DNA of 13,958 nucleotides from a virus: UHGV virus genome UHGV-0194130; one strand, 5' to 3'. Shown piece by piece: positions 6,280 to 13,958 of this stretch (position 1 is its first letter; each line of letters starts with the position of its first letter). The notes under the pieces were generated by a model. It saw only the letters and a program-made list of their open reading frames with translations, ran no database searches and was not told where the DNA came from. The position numbers and the translations under genes were made by a program.

Positions 6280-6390
6280 AAGTAATCCTCCCACAATGAT
6301 ACCAACTTGGTTCTAGAACCAATTTAACACCATTTGTTTTGATGTCAAGTTGGTGCTATTGTTTAGCGAACATCTTTACGTTGAGGTCAT
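6280..6390. promoter_or_regulatory. Divergent promoter/operator region between arc-like (-) and mnt-like (+) genes, containing the perfect 16-bp palindrome TTGGTTCTAGAACCAA (6307..6322)
   Basis: Minus strand: -35 TTGACA (plus-strand tgtcaa at 6343..6348), 16-bp spacer, -10 TAAATT (6321..6326); the palindrome overlaps the -10 and predicted start. Plus strand: candidate -35 TTGTTT (6334..6339), 17-bp spacer, -10 TATTGT (6357..6362). Additional CCAACTTGG / CAAGTTGG inverted motifs at 6302..6310 and 6347..6354. Confidence 0.5.
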
Positions 6391-6774
6391 ATGAGCAAGT
6401 TCCCTAGTCATGAAATGGATAGGTTCAATATCAGGCTTCCGGCAGGAATGCGGGATGCTATAGCCTTAAGAGCAAAGGAAAACGGCAGATCAATGAATAC
6501 AGAACTAGTGTTTATCATTGATGATGCATTGAAGTCTCCGGTGCCTGCTGAGGTTGATAACTCAAGGATTATGAAGATTTACTCAAACCTCTCCGGGAAC
6601 AGGCCATCAAACAAAGAAGAGTTTGAGCGGTGGGAGAATGAGCTAGTCAAAGCAATTTTCTACTTACTAGATAGCATCAGTTCTCATTCGCAAATGTATC
6701 AAGCTCTCAGGAGCTTAAGGCAAGATGCATATAAAAATGTTTTTGGCGATGATGCTGAAGACATCCAGTTTTGA
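6391..6774 (+). CDS. Mnt/Arc-family ribbon-helix-helix repressor with a C-terminal extension (127 aa)
   Basis: N-terminus MSKFPSHEMDRFNIRLPAGMRDAIALRAKENGRSMNTELVFIIDDALKSPVP carries the RHH signature shared with P22 Mnt (..ANGRSMNSELL..DALSKPSP..). GAGG RBS upstream. It is divergent from arc, as mnt is in P22 immI. Confidence 0.8.
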   Translation: MSKFPSHEMDRFNIRLPAGMRDAIALRAKENGRSMNTELVFIIDDALKSPVPAEVDNSRIMKIYSNLSGNRPSNKEEFERWENELVKAIFYLLDSISSHSQMYQALRSLRQDAYKNVFGDDAEDIQF

Positions 6775-6818
6775 AGACCATTTCATCTGGTATCCTGCAC
6801 AAAACTAAGGAGGTTGGT

Positions 6819-7148
6819 GTGCTTGAATGGTTTCTGTTGGCTGCATTAGTCGTTTCTGGTTTGGTGTATGAGTATCGAATGCACTCTCTAACAAAAAAAA
6901 TAGGAATTCTAGAAAACGAATATTGTGCTCTCAAATCCTCACTGGAACGTGAGCAAGGGGACTTAAAAATCTCTCTGTCTAGCATTGAGCGTTCTATAGA
7001 GAGCTTAGAGGATAAGGTTGATCGTATAAAGAATGAGGATATTCATGATATTAAGGACGACATATCCTTCTTAAAATCTTGGTTGAAAAATGTTGGGAAA
7101 ATTGCCACATCAACACGAGATAAGCTCAATCCATCCATGGATGACTAA
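6819..7148 (+). CDS. Small membrane-anchored coiled-coil protein (109 aa from GTG), unknown function; occupies the position of P22 sieA
   Basis: AAGGAGG at 6807..6813 followed 5 nt later by GTG at 6819. Translation VLEWFLLAALVVSGLVYEY (one predicted TM helix) then a charged heptad-like region (LENEYCALKSSLEREQGDLKISLSSIERSIESLEDKVDRIKNEDIHDIKDD). Stop codon TAA directly abuts the stop of the convergent ejection-protein gene. The ORF-track start (TTG at 6771) is rejected. Confidence 0.6.
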   Translation: MLEWFLLAALVVSGLVYEYRMHSLTKKIGILENEYCALKSSLEREQGDLKISLSSIERSIESLEDKVDRIKNEDIHDIKDDISFLKSWLKNVGKIATSTRDKLNPSMDD

Positions 7149-9269
7149 TTACTCCTGTGCCATTCCGCTTAGCGATGCCACAATTCCAGCTCTTGCTAAA
7201 CGCTGGAACTCTTCGTTTCCTAGTGCCTCGCGTATTGCTTTTACGGCGGCCTTATTTGCCATAAATCTGCGTTCCGCCGCCGCTAATGCACCATCACTTG
7301 CCCCAACCTTAACTGCCTTTGTTGCCTCTTGAACAGCCTTTTCAATAGCGTAACGACCGCTTCTAGTTGCGGATAATTTCGCTATCGCTCCTTTTGCCAT
7401 TGCATCAATTGCCCCACCTGCAGCGCCACCCGCTATTGCTCCAATAACGCCTCCTCCAGAGAACCCTGCGATAGTGCCAGTAGTTCTAAAAGCGCCAGAC
7501 AATGCGCTCTCTAAAACTGGATGAAGGCCATTCTCAAGAGTGCTAATGGCTGGCATAGATCGCCCTGTCTGTTCAACATATCGAAGTGGCTTTGTTGCTG
7601 CTCGTGCAAGTTCTCCGTATGAACTTGTAATCCTGCCAAGTTCTGGAGAATATCGACTAATTGCCTTCACGTTTTGTGGGGTAAGAATAGTCGCGATATG
7701 CTTAATTCCAGCCTCTTCAGACTTACCTCCGCGTACCCCTTGCGACATTGCATCTTGTAATATTGATGCAATTGCTGGCGCGCGTTCCGACTCAGGTAGG
7801 GCGCTTATTATTTTATGGAACTGACCTGTTCCACTTTTTGCTGAACCCTGTAACGCCTTAGATCCATTAGTTACCAACTGATCAGTTGCAAGGTCTCTAC
7901 CAAACGCTGCTTCAGCCTGTTCTTGTGCTGTAAATCTTGCCTTTGACAGATCATTAGCTTTTTGCCAGTCATCAAGAAAACCGCCATTTTGAGCCATTAT
8001 GCGCATATCTTCCGTTGCTGCATCACGAAGCTCAGCCATGCGCCTTGCCGTATTTGCCTCACCAGACCTTATATACTTCTGCTCTGCGTCAGCAAGTTTA
8101 CTTCGCCATGCCTTCATGGCATCAAACGTGATTCCTTTTTTACCAGTTTTAGCATAAGCAGATGCGAATTGTTTCATCTCAGGAGTTAGCGGCATGCCAG
8201 CCAAAATATCACCCTGAATTGTAGCGTTCAGGTTTGACATTCTGGCCTTTGCGTCAGGCATCGTGGAGCGGACGCTATCCCATGCAGCCTTTTCTGAATT
8301 TTTCATTTTATCAATACTTGCCAAAACCCTTTGTTTTATGGCTGCACTTTTTTCTGATGCAGTTCCTGCTTCAGCCCCAAACTCATCCAATGCTGAGTTA
8401 AATTTCGACTCTATTTCACTGAATGCTTTGGTGTGTGCATCCTGTGTAATTCCGGGCTTTGACGCCAGAATCCCCTCCGCCTGAGCAAGACCACGACTAC
8501 CTGATCTCATGCCAGGAGTTAATGCGTTGATATCTATTCCAGCAGTATCTGCTGCTTTTGCTATTTCGTCTGACACATTAGCTGACTGTCTGGCAATAAT
8601 CTCTCTTCCTGTACCAGACTTTGCCATTTTCGAAACATCAGCAGCGGAATTTATTGCCCCGCCACCAAGAACTTGAGGTGATTTAGAGGTTAAGATCCTT
8701 CCAGCCCCAGAAAGTATCCCCTGAGCACCAATATTGATACCACCGTTAATGGCAGCATTTTGTGCAAAGTCGCCCTCCTGATTTGCAGCATCAGCAAGAG
8801 AACCTGCAATCATGTTTCCTGCGGAACCGATATCTTCAGCGAGCTTTGCTGGCGCTCCAGCAGCTTTTGCCGCTGTGCCAATTGGCAGGAGATACCCACC
8901 AATTGTTTCACCGGCTTGCGCGTAAGGGTCTGTCGGTCGATCGACTGGACGATAGACATCATCCAATACTTTTGGCCCACCAAGCCCCTGACTGATTGCA
9001 TTAATCAGACTTGCGCCACCCTGCAATACGTCAAATGGTATGTTTACCAGACCACGACCAGCCTGTTCTGCAATTTGCCCTGCACTTTGACCACCAGTGA
9101 GCCAGTCAGTAGCTTTTCCCACCAGAGATTGTTCTTCTGGCTGCGATTGGTTTTGAGTGGATTGATCACCAGAAGACAGCATCTGAGCAATGCGACGTGC
9201 TCCCTCAGTATCGCCGGCAGCATCAGCATTCCTTAACGCCGTCATCAACTGTTCACGACTATAGGCCAT
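7149..9269 (-). CDS. Ejection (internal virion) protein, gp16-position homolog, 706 aa
   Basis: Third and largest gene of the three-gene block downstream of the tail needle, matching the P22 gene order 7-20-16. Ala/Gly/Ser/Gln-rich low-complexity protein. Start overlaps the upstream stop (TAATG). Assigned by synteny and composition, not by sequence recall. Confidence 0.75.
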   Translation of the reverse strand: MAYSREQLMTALRNADAAGDTEGARRIAQMLSSGDQSTQNQSQPEEQSLVGKATDWLTGGQSAGQIAEQAGRGLVNIPFDVLQGGASLINAISQGLGGPKVLDDVYRPVDRPTDPYAQAGETIGGYLLPIGTAAKAAGAPAKLAEDIGSAGNMIAGSLADAANQEGDFAQNAAINGGINIGAQGILSGAGRILTSKSPQVLGGGAINSAADVSKMAKSGTGREIIARQSANVSDEIAKAADTAGIDINALTPGMRSGSRGLAQAEGILASKPGITQDAHTKAFSEIESKFNSALDEFGAEAGTASEKSAAIKQRVLASIDKMKNSEKAAWDSVRSTMPDAKARMSNLNATIQGDILAGMPLTPEMKQFASAYAKTGKKGITFDAMKAWRSKLADAEQKYIRSGEANTARRMAELRDAATEDMRIMAQNGGFLDDWQKANDLSKARFTAQEQAEAAFGRDLATDQLVTNGSKALQGSAKSGTGQFHKIISALPESERAPAIASILQDAMSQGVRGGKSEEAGIKHIATILTPQNVKAISRYSPELGRITSSYGELARAATKPLRYVEQTGRSMPAISTLENGLHPVLESALSGAFRTTGTIAGFSGGGVIGAIAGGAAGGAIDAMAKGAIAKLSATRSGRYAIEKAVQEATKAVKVGASDGALAAAERRFMANKAAVKAIREALGNEEFQRLARAGIVASLSGMAQE

Positions 9270-10555
9270 TACTGCCCTCCGAGATATTTGCTAATTAATT
9301 CGTCATCGGACAATTGCTGTTGAGGTTGGCTATCGCCATAACTTGAGGAAAGAAAACGTTTTGCCGCAGAGTTCAATGATTCACCCTTCTTAACATCCAT
9401 CCCCATGATGTTTCGGTTGCGATCAGATTGTCCTGGGCTGCCATTTGCACTCATCCACTCTGACCTAAACTCGTTGAACTTCGCGTTATTACTTTCCATT
9501 TTTGCCATACCCCTTAACCATCGAGCCATGACCATTGGATTATCCGTTTCGCTTGGAATGCCTTTCCTTGCAAACTCAATATCCTTATCTGATGCAGGGC
9601 CGGGAGGGAGAAGCTTTGTTGCCTGCGCATTGGCTAGTTGGTTGAATCTAATCCGCATATCTCGGAGGTAGTTATCTTGCCCCGTAAGCTTAGTGAACAT
9701 ATTTTCAGCGTTACCGAACAAACCAGGAGTTGGCTTCTCCTTCTCAAGCGTGTCAGCAAGCGTTGTCATTGAATCGGCAGCATTACGACTAGCTGCCGCA
9801 TCACCTGCTGATTTTTCTATAGCCTTTTCCATGTTCACGGATAGTTTTGGCGCAGCATTAATAAGTTCATCGGCCTTCTTTTGTGCCTGTTGTACTTCAA
9901 AACCGAATTTCTGCTTATCAAGTGCCAGTCTTTCTGCTGCAAGTCCGTGTCCAGTCATTGCTGACTGATAGGAAAGGTTTTGCCCTCTCGCCTGAAGTGC
10001 CTCGCCAGCCTGATTGCTACGGATTGTCTCATTAAGCTGATCGCGTTGATGCTGCACATCAAACTGTTTATCCATAGGCAGAGTGGCAAGGCGGCTAGCA
10101 TTTAACAGGCTATTAAACCTGCCCGGATCCTGTTGATAAAGCTGCCATGCATCATCCTTACTCACACCCAGACTTAATAATGCTGCGCTGTTGCTATTCA
10201 GAGCATTTGCAATTTCATTTGGATTTCCTGTAGATGCAGCAATTGATATTTTATTTAAAGCTGAATTAACAAATGCTGAATGCTCAGCACTCTGAATACC
10301 TAACTCCTGTTGTATAGCCTGAGTAAACTCAGGGAATTTTCGACGCAGAGAAGCTATTTGTTCAGGAGGCGTTTCATTCATAGCTTTATAGAATTCCTGC
10401 TGTCTGGCATCCTGTCGAATAGCCCGCTGGTTATCTATTCCCTGCGCTATACCTTGCTGTGTCGTGGCAAAGGTTTGAGCTTCTTTCAATCCTTCCAGTC
10501 TGAAGTCAGGAACTAATGACATCAGATTTAATGGGCTGCCAATACTATAAGCCAT
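9269..10555 (-). CDS. Ejection (internal virion) protein, gp20-position homolog, 428 aa
   Basis: Middle gene of the ejection-protein block, translationally coupled at both ends (TGATG upstream, TAATG downstream). Assigned by synteny with P22 gene 20. Confidence 0.75.
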   Translation of the reverse strand: MAYSIGSPLNLMSLVPDFRLEGLKEAQTFATTQQGIAQGIDNQRAIRQDARQQEFYKAMNETPPEQIASLRRKFPEFTQAIQQELGIQSAEHSAFVNSALNKISIAASTGNPNEIANALNSNSAALLSLGVSKDDAWQLYQQDPGRFNSLLNASRLATLPMDKQFDVQHQRDQLNETIRSNQAGEALQARGQNLSYQSAMTGHGLAAERLALDKQKFGFEVQQAQKKADELINAAPKLSVNMEKAIEKSAGDAAASRNAADSMTTLADTLEKEKPTPGLFGNAENMFTKLTGQDNYLRDMRIRFNQLANAQATKLLPPGPASDKDIEFARKGIPSETDNPMVMARWLRGMAKMESNNAKFNEFRSEWMSANGSPGQSDRNRNIMGMDVKKGESLNSAAKRFLSSSYGDSQPQQQLSDDELISKYLGGQ

Positions 10556-11217
10556 CAGAATAATCCTCCTAAAAATCCACCAAACATGTTGGTGAAAGAG
10601 TTAACATCCTGAGATGCACCATTACCTAATGATGAGTTAGCGCTGGCTGCCGTCTGCCATGGTAAGGCTTTTTGCGCCCCCCTGATTTGCCCTGATTCAC
10701 CTATAAGTGACGTTAAAACATTTGAATTATTTGCCGATGCCGCACTACCCATACCAGCAGCAGTTAACCCAACATTCGTTAACCCCATTAACTGGTTATA
10801 CATATCCTGCTGCTCTGCTGTCTTCATGGAAAGATATTGCTGGCCTAATTGAGGGGCAATAGAAGCCAGCATATTTCCAGTAGCCGTTGACCCAAGACCG
10901 CCTGTAGCTTCAGCAGATGCAAGCCCACTATAACGAGCCTGATCATTTAGGAGTTTGAATTCTTGCGAATTAAAGTAGTCTCCTAATAATTTGTTTCGAT
11001 CAATAGGAATGCCAGCAAGCTTTTGCAAACGCGGTAAAGCTGATTCGCCAACTTCACGATAAGGTTTTCCAAACGCTATCTGCTGCTGATACATTTGCTC
11101 CTGAAGGTTTTGCTGCCTGTCATTAGCTTTTTTGTACTCTTTGCTCGCAGAATTGGCACCTATTCCACCAAGTATCCCGCTGGCAGCATTTGTTACACCT
11201 TTAATTGCTCCGCCCAT
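10555..11217 (-). CDS. Ejection (internal virion) protein, gp7-position homolog (220 aa from the internal ATG; 237 aa if the upstream ATG at 11268 is used)
   Basis: ATG at 11215..11217 is preceded by GGGGGA with 7-nt spacing and gives a 17-nt overlap with the upstream gene; the ORF-track start at 11268 would overlap it by 68 nt. Gly/Ala/Ser/Gln-rich composition. Start choice is uncertain. Confidence 0.7.
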   Translation of the reverse strand: MGGAIKGVTNAASGILGGIGANSASKEYKKANDRQQNLQEQMYQQQIAFGKPYREVGESALPRLQKLAGIPIDRNKLLGDYFNSQEFKLLNDQARYSGLASAEATGGLGSTATGNMLASIAPQLGQQYLSMKTAEQQDMYNQLMGLTNVGLTAAGMGSAASANNSNVLTSLIGESGQIRGAQKALPWQTAASANSSLGNGASQDVNSFTNMFGGFLGGLF

Positions 11218-11590
11218 GATATTCCCCCGGATCACGCCACATAATAAAAAAGGCGCTTTCGCGCCCATCTACAGTCCTTAGGGTTTGTAACGTTCGCTCA
11301 CCAAACCCCATTCTCCTGGCATAGTTGCATACTCTTGGCCTGTCGCTGATTATTACCGCCCGCAATTTATGGTGGCCAAACATTTTAAGAATTGATTCAC
11401 CAGCTTTTCTGCACTCACTCCATCTTCGTTTATCCATTGCAACATGGATGTCATAGAAGCCTGATTGTTTCACTATGGCAAATACGCAACACCCATCCCA
11501 CAAATAATAGTTAGCCCCCGGATCAATCCACGAGCTAACTCCCCACAATCTCATTAATTGTGAGCCAGTAATAGCGTCTATGTTTGTCAT
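11201..11590 (-). CDS. Conserved small virion-assembly-region protein at the P22 gene 14 position (129 aa); identity not confirmed
   Basis: Complete ORF with ATGA overlap to the tail needle stop. Located between tail needle and ejection proteins, where P22 carries gene 14. Cys/His/Trp-containing sequence (..[33 protein letters not shown]..) that I cannot match from memory. Confidence 0.6.
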   Translation of the reverse strand: MTNIDAITGSQLMRLWGVSSWIDPGANYYLWDGCCVFAIVKQSGFYDIHVAMDKRRWSECRKAGESILKMFGHHKLRAVIISDRPRVCNYARRMGFGERTLQTLRTVDGRESAFFIMWRDPGEYHGRSN

Positions 11591-12540
11591 TGTTCCGCAA
11601 TGATTTTGATGGTTGTGGCGGTAAACGCCGCACCATTCGACTGAATGGTTAACGTACTGCCATTTGTGGCAAGAAAGCCGTCTTTATCCACGCTGAAAAA
11701 CGTAGCTAACAGGATGTTATCGGTTGTTGTCGCCGCATTACGACTGCTGACCAACGTGTCAGGAACAGAGCCGGAAAAGGTTAGCTGCATTGACCTGTTG
11801 GCTGTTCCGCTGGGCCACGTCCCGACGATCGACAGCTTGAAGAACAAGGTTTTGTTCTCGTTGAACACAACCATCTTGTTGTTAACGGTGTCGAAGAATG
11901 GTGCCAACGTGCCGGATGACTGCGTGAGCGTTTTCAGCAGGCTAACAAGGTTGGTAGGCGCTGTCGGGATGGTTACAGATACTCCTGAGTAAACAACCTC
12001 TGATTTCTTGCGCGTGGTGGCATACTCAAGCGCAGATATTCTTGTTGAGTGATCACCAACTGTGCTTTGTAGCGTCGAAATACTTCCTTCTGCCGTTGTG
12101 AGCCTGGTATCAAGTGCGTCGATATCGGTTGTATTCTGAGTTATGCGCGCATCATGGTTTGCTAACTCAGATTCATTGGCAGCAATTCGCGTCTCGTGAT
12201 CAGCCAGCTCTGTTTCAGCAGCCGTAATCCTTGTTTCATGATCTGCAAGAGTGCTTTCCGCTGCTGCAATTCTATGTTCATGATTGATGAGAGTTGCTTC
12301 AGCAGCTTCAATTCTGGATTCATGGTCTGCAAGGGTGACATCCTGCTCATCATTCTTCACCTGTGCATCATAAGCCCCCTTCCCTGCTTCGTTGGCCTTA
12401 TTCGCCACGTTACCAACATCAGTGCCCTGTGCGATAACGTAAAGCAGATACGACTGCGAGAAGATATTGCGTGGAAGAACTGATGTATCGAGCCGCGTAG
12501 CCTGGATGATTACTGGCTCATTGAGATTCGAATCAGCCAT
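11587..12540 (-). CDS. Tail needle protein (P22 gp26 family) with expanded coiled-coil shaft and C-terminal knob domain, 317 aa
   Basis: N-terminus [70 protein letters not shown] matches the P22 gp26 N-terminus from memory. It is followed by repeated ADHExRIxAAExxL units and then a ~140-residue Thr/Ser-rich C-terminal domain that P22 gp26 lacks. Confidence 0.9.
   Translation of the reverse strand: MADSNLNEPVIIQATRLDTSVLPRNIFSQSYLLYVIAQGTDVGNVANKANEAGKGAYDAQVKNDEQDVTLADHESRIEAAEATLINHEHRIAAAESTLADHETRITAAETELADHETRIAANESELANHDARITQNTTDIDALDTRLTTAEGSISTLQSTVGDHSTRISALEYATTRKKSEVVYSGVSVTIPTAPTNLVSLLKTLTQSSGTLAPFFDTVNNKMVVFNENKTLFFKLSIVGTWPSGTANRSMQLTFSGSVPDTLVSSRNAATTTDNILLATFFSVDKDGFLATNGSTLTIQSNGAAFTATTIKIIAEQ
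12025..12336 (-). repeat. Degenerate tandem ~42-bp (14-codon) repeats encoding the His-containing coiled-coil units of the tail needle
   Basis: Protein-level repeats [14 protein letters not shown] / [14 protein letters not shown] / [14 protein letters not shown] / [14 protein letters not shown] / [14 protein letters not shown]. Corresponding DNA shows recurring ..TTCATG(A/G)TCTGCAAG(A/G)GTG.. motifs at about 42-bp spacing. Confidence 0.5.
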
Positions 12541-13958
12541 TACTCAATCCTTATCTGGCAGCCAGACAGAGTGACAGGTGACTTCGTGATAACTCGCAAT
12601 TTGAAGCCGACATTTTTCCTGATGCGCCCAACTCGCTTCCACAAAACGCGTTTGTCGTAAACGAACGGTTCATTCTGCTCAATCATCTGCTCACGACCGT
12701 AATTTATGCCGTCAGTGGTTGCAGAGAGGAACAGGCGGTCAGCGTACTGCGCAACGCCAGTTGACGATTCAACCTCAAAGTCGAAAACTCTGGCGTTATC
12801 CGCTTTGAACAACGGAGTAAACAGCAGGTGTTCCTGTTGCTTGTCGTACTGACTGCTGATGTCGAATTGCAATTTCCCGGTCACGGACTCCAGCTTATCG
12901 CCGCACGTTATCTGATTGCCTTCGTAAATGAAGTCGATAGCGCGGTACACATCATCATACAGTCCTGTTTTCAGCACGCACCATTGCGGACCATTGGCGC
13001 TTGAAGATGCGTCGTACACAAGTACGTGGCGCGGAAGGTGGATAATCAGCAACTCATGCGCATCAAATCGCAGAGACTCCATCACGCCATCAGCCAGTTC
13101 ATCAGCAGTGTAGGAGCGGAGGATTTTCTCAATGCTCGCGCTGGCGATTGGTGACACCTGACCGGAGCCGATGATGTATACAGACGGCGCACCCGTTGCC
13201 GGATTGCTGATGAACGCATAGGAATCAGCAAACGGCGTTTTGCAGTAAGTTCCGGCAATGCCTTTCTGCACCATCAGCGATGGCTGTGCGACATACAAAG
13301 CGGCACCAACGGTGGTTGCCCCAGTCAGGGAGAAATATTCAATCGTCGATGAACCAAAGCAGACGATGAAGTCTCGCCATGTTCCGATGCCGATGATGCC
13401 GTCAGGCTGCGATTCTGCGCGATATTGTGCGCTGTAGCGGTCAGGGTGTGATTCGTCTTCAAGGTCAGTGATAAACCATGAATCAGTGCCGTCTTTTGAC
13501 CACGCATAACGCCCACGTAAGCGCGTAATGTCGCGTACTGAGCCTAACTCATACTGCGTGAATCCGCTGTCTGTAGGCCAGTTTGAGACGGTTTTAACCG
13601 TGCCATCATAGCGATACTCGACCAGTTGCCCGTTAACGCCAACTGCCTGTGATGTCCTACCATGCGCCATTGATACGCGACCACTTCCGGCAACATCACC
13701 GACTTCACTTTCGCCTTTGTAGAGCTTGCCACCACACACACGATAAACAGCATTCTGCGCCATGTTGTACTCGACGCCTCGAGATACACCGTTCACATCA
13801 GAACGTTTGGCAATGCCCGGGAATGAGCGAAGATATCCGCTGCTGTTGAGGATTTCTTTGGGTGTAGCCAACATATTCACTGGCAGATAGTCGATATAGT
13901 CGGCGTTTCTAAAGTCTTTGCCGACACCTTTCATAAGCGGAAGTTGCTGAATCGGCAT
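12540..13958 (-). CDS. Tail hub / head-to-tail protein, P22 gp10 homolog, 472 aa; start codon is the last three bases of the window
   Basis: Translation [49 protein letters not shown].. is near-identical to P22 gp10 as I recall it, and the same length. Stop overlaps the tail needle start (TAATG). Confidence 0.9.
   Translation of the reverse strand: MPIQQLPLMKGVGKDFRNADYIDYLPVNMLATPKEILNSSGYLRSFPGIAKRSDVNGVSRGVEYNMAQNAVYRVCGGKLYKGESEVGDVAGSGRVSMAHGRTSQAVGVNGQLVEYRYDGTVKTVSNWPTDSGFTQYELGSVRDITRLRGRYAWSKDGTDSWFITDLEDESHPDRYSAQYRAESQPDGIIGIGTWRDFIVCFGSSTIEYFSLTGATTVGAALYVAQPSLMVQKGIAGTYCKTPFADSYAFISNPATGAPSVYIIGSGQVSPIASASIEKILRSYTADELADGVMESLRFDAHELLIIHLPRHVLVYDASSSANGPQWCVLKTGLYDDVYRAIDFIYEGNQITCGDKLESVTGKLQFDISSQYDKQQEHLLFTPLFKADNARVFDFEVESSTGVAQYADRLFLSATTDGINYGREQMIEQNEPFVYDKRVLWKRVGRIRKNVGFKLRVITKSPVTLSGCQIRIE

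Larger units (their letters stand above)
1807..13958 (-). mobile_element. Prophage, right portion (continues beyond window end): P22-like virion and immI modules ending at a lambda-type attR
   Basis: Contiguous minus-strand block gp10-like, tail needle, gp14-position, three ejection proteins, immI-like region and tailspike, in P22 order, terminating at the attR core at 1807..1821. Confidence 0.85.

Noticed and set aside
6707..6985. 92-aa minus-strand ORF overlapping the mnt-like 3' end and the membrane-protein gene
   Set aside because: Antisense to two better-supported plus-strand genes; no RBS.
7090..9236. Several plus-strand ORFs (80, 94, 75, 73, 158, 77 aa) and short minus-strand ORFs inside the 706-aa ejection-protein gene
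   Set aside because: All are antisense or out-of-frame within a long uninterrupted coding region; Cys/Ser/Arg-rich chance translations.
9405..10516. Plus-strand ORFs (88, 91, 68 aa) inside the 428-aa ejection-protein gene
   Set aside because: Antisense to the long coding frame; low-complexity Ser/Ala/Leu translations.
11645..12483. Plus-strand ORFs (115, 95 aa) and a 63-aa minus-strand ORF inside the tail needle gene
   Set aside because: Overlap the tail needle frame, whose N-terminus matches P22 gp26; the 63-aa ORF is an alternate frame through the coiled-coil repeats.
12928..13849. Short ORFs on both strands inside the gp10-like gene
   Set aside because: Overlap a near-identical P22 gp10 homolog frame.
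1..13958. CRISPR arrays, tRNA or rRNA genes
   Set aside because: No regularly spaced direct repeats with unique spacers and no tRNA-like cloverleaf candidates were seen on reading. The only tandem repeats are the degenerate 42-bp coding repeats in the tail needle.

Overview
This window is the right end of a P22-like (short-tailed, Lederbergvirus-type) prophage joined to the host chromosome through a lambda-type attR site next to ybhB, with a solo IS200/IS605-family tnpB on the far side of ybhB. All calls rest on reading the supplied ORF translations and the DNA by eye, with homologies from memory; no searches or computations were run. Left to right: tnpB (1..1131, -), the host PEBP-family gene ybhB (1240..1716, +), then a sequence that reads as lambda attR in reverse orientation (B' arm, 15-bp core at 1807..1821, P arm with Int arm-type sites, and the sib/tI hairpin with T-run at 1967..2008). 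From about 2.2 kb to the window end, all prophage genes except the three small repressor/membrane genes are on the minus strand: a tailspike with a P22-type head-binding N-terminus and a divergent AT-rich receptor domain, an immI-like accessory region, three ejection proteins, a small conserved protein, a tail needle with expanded coiled-coil repeats and a C-terminal knob, and a gp10-like tail hub whose start codon is the last base of the window. The accessory region (about 4.2..7.15 kb) is the most interesting part: it holds two Mnt-like ribbon-helix-helix repressors, an Arc-like repressor, a Bro-N protein and an Ant-like antirepressor, a candidate sar-like antisense RNA, a perfect 16-bp palindromic operator, and a small membrane-anchored coiled-coil protein in the position where P22 carries sieA. 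Several ORF-track starts appear to be over-extended; I re-called them at internal ATG/GTG codons with good Shine-Dalgarno sequences.
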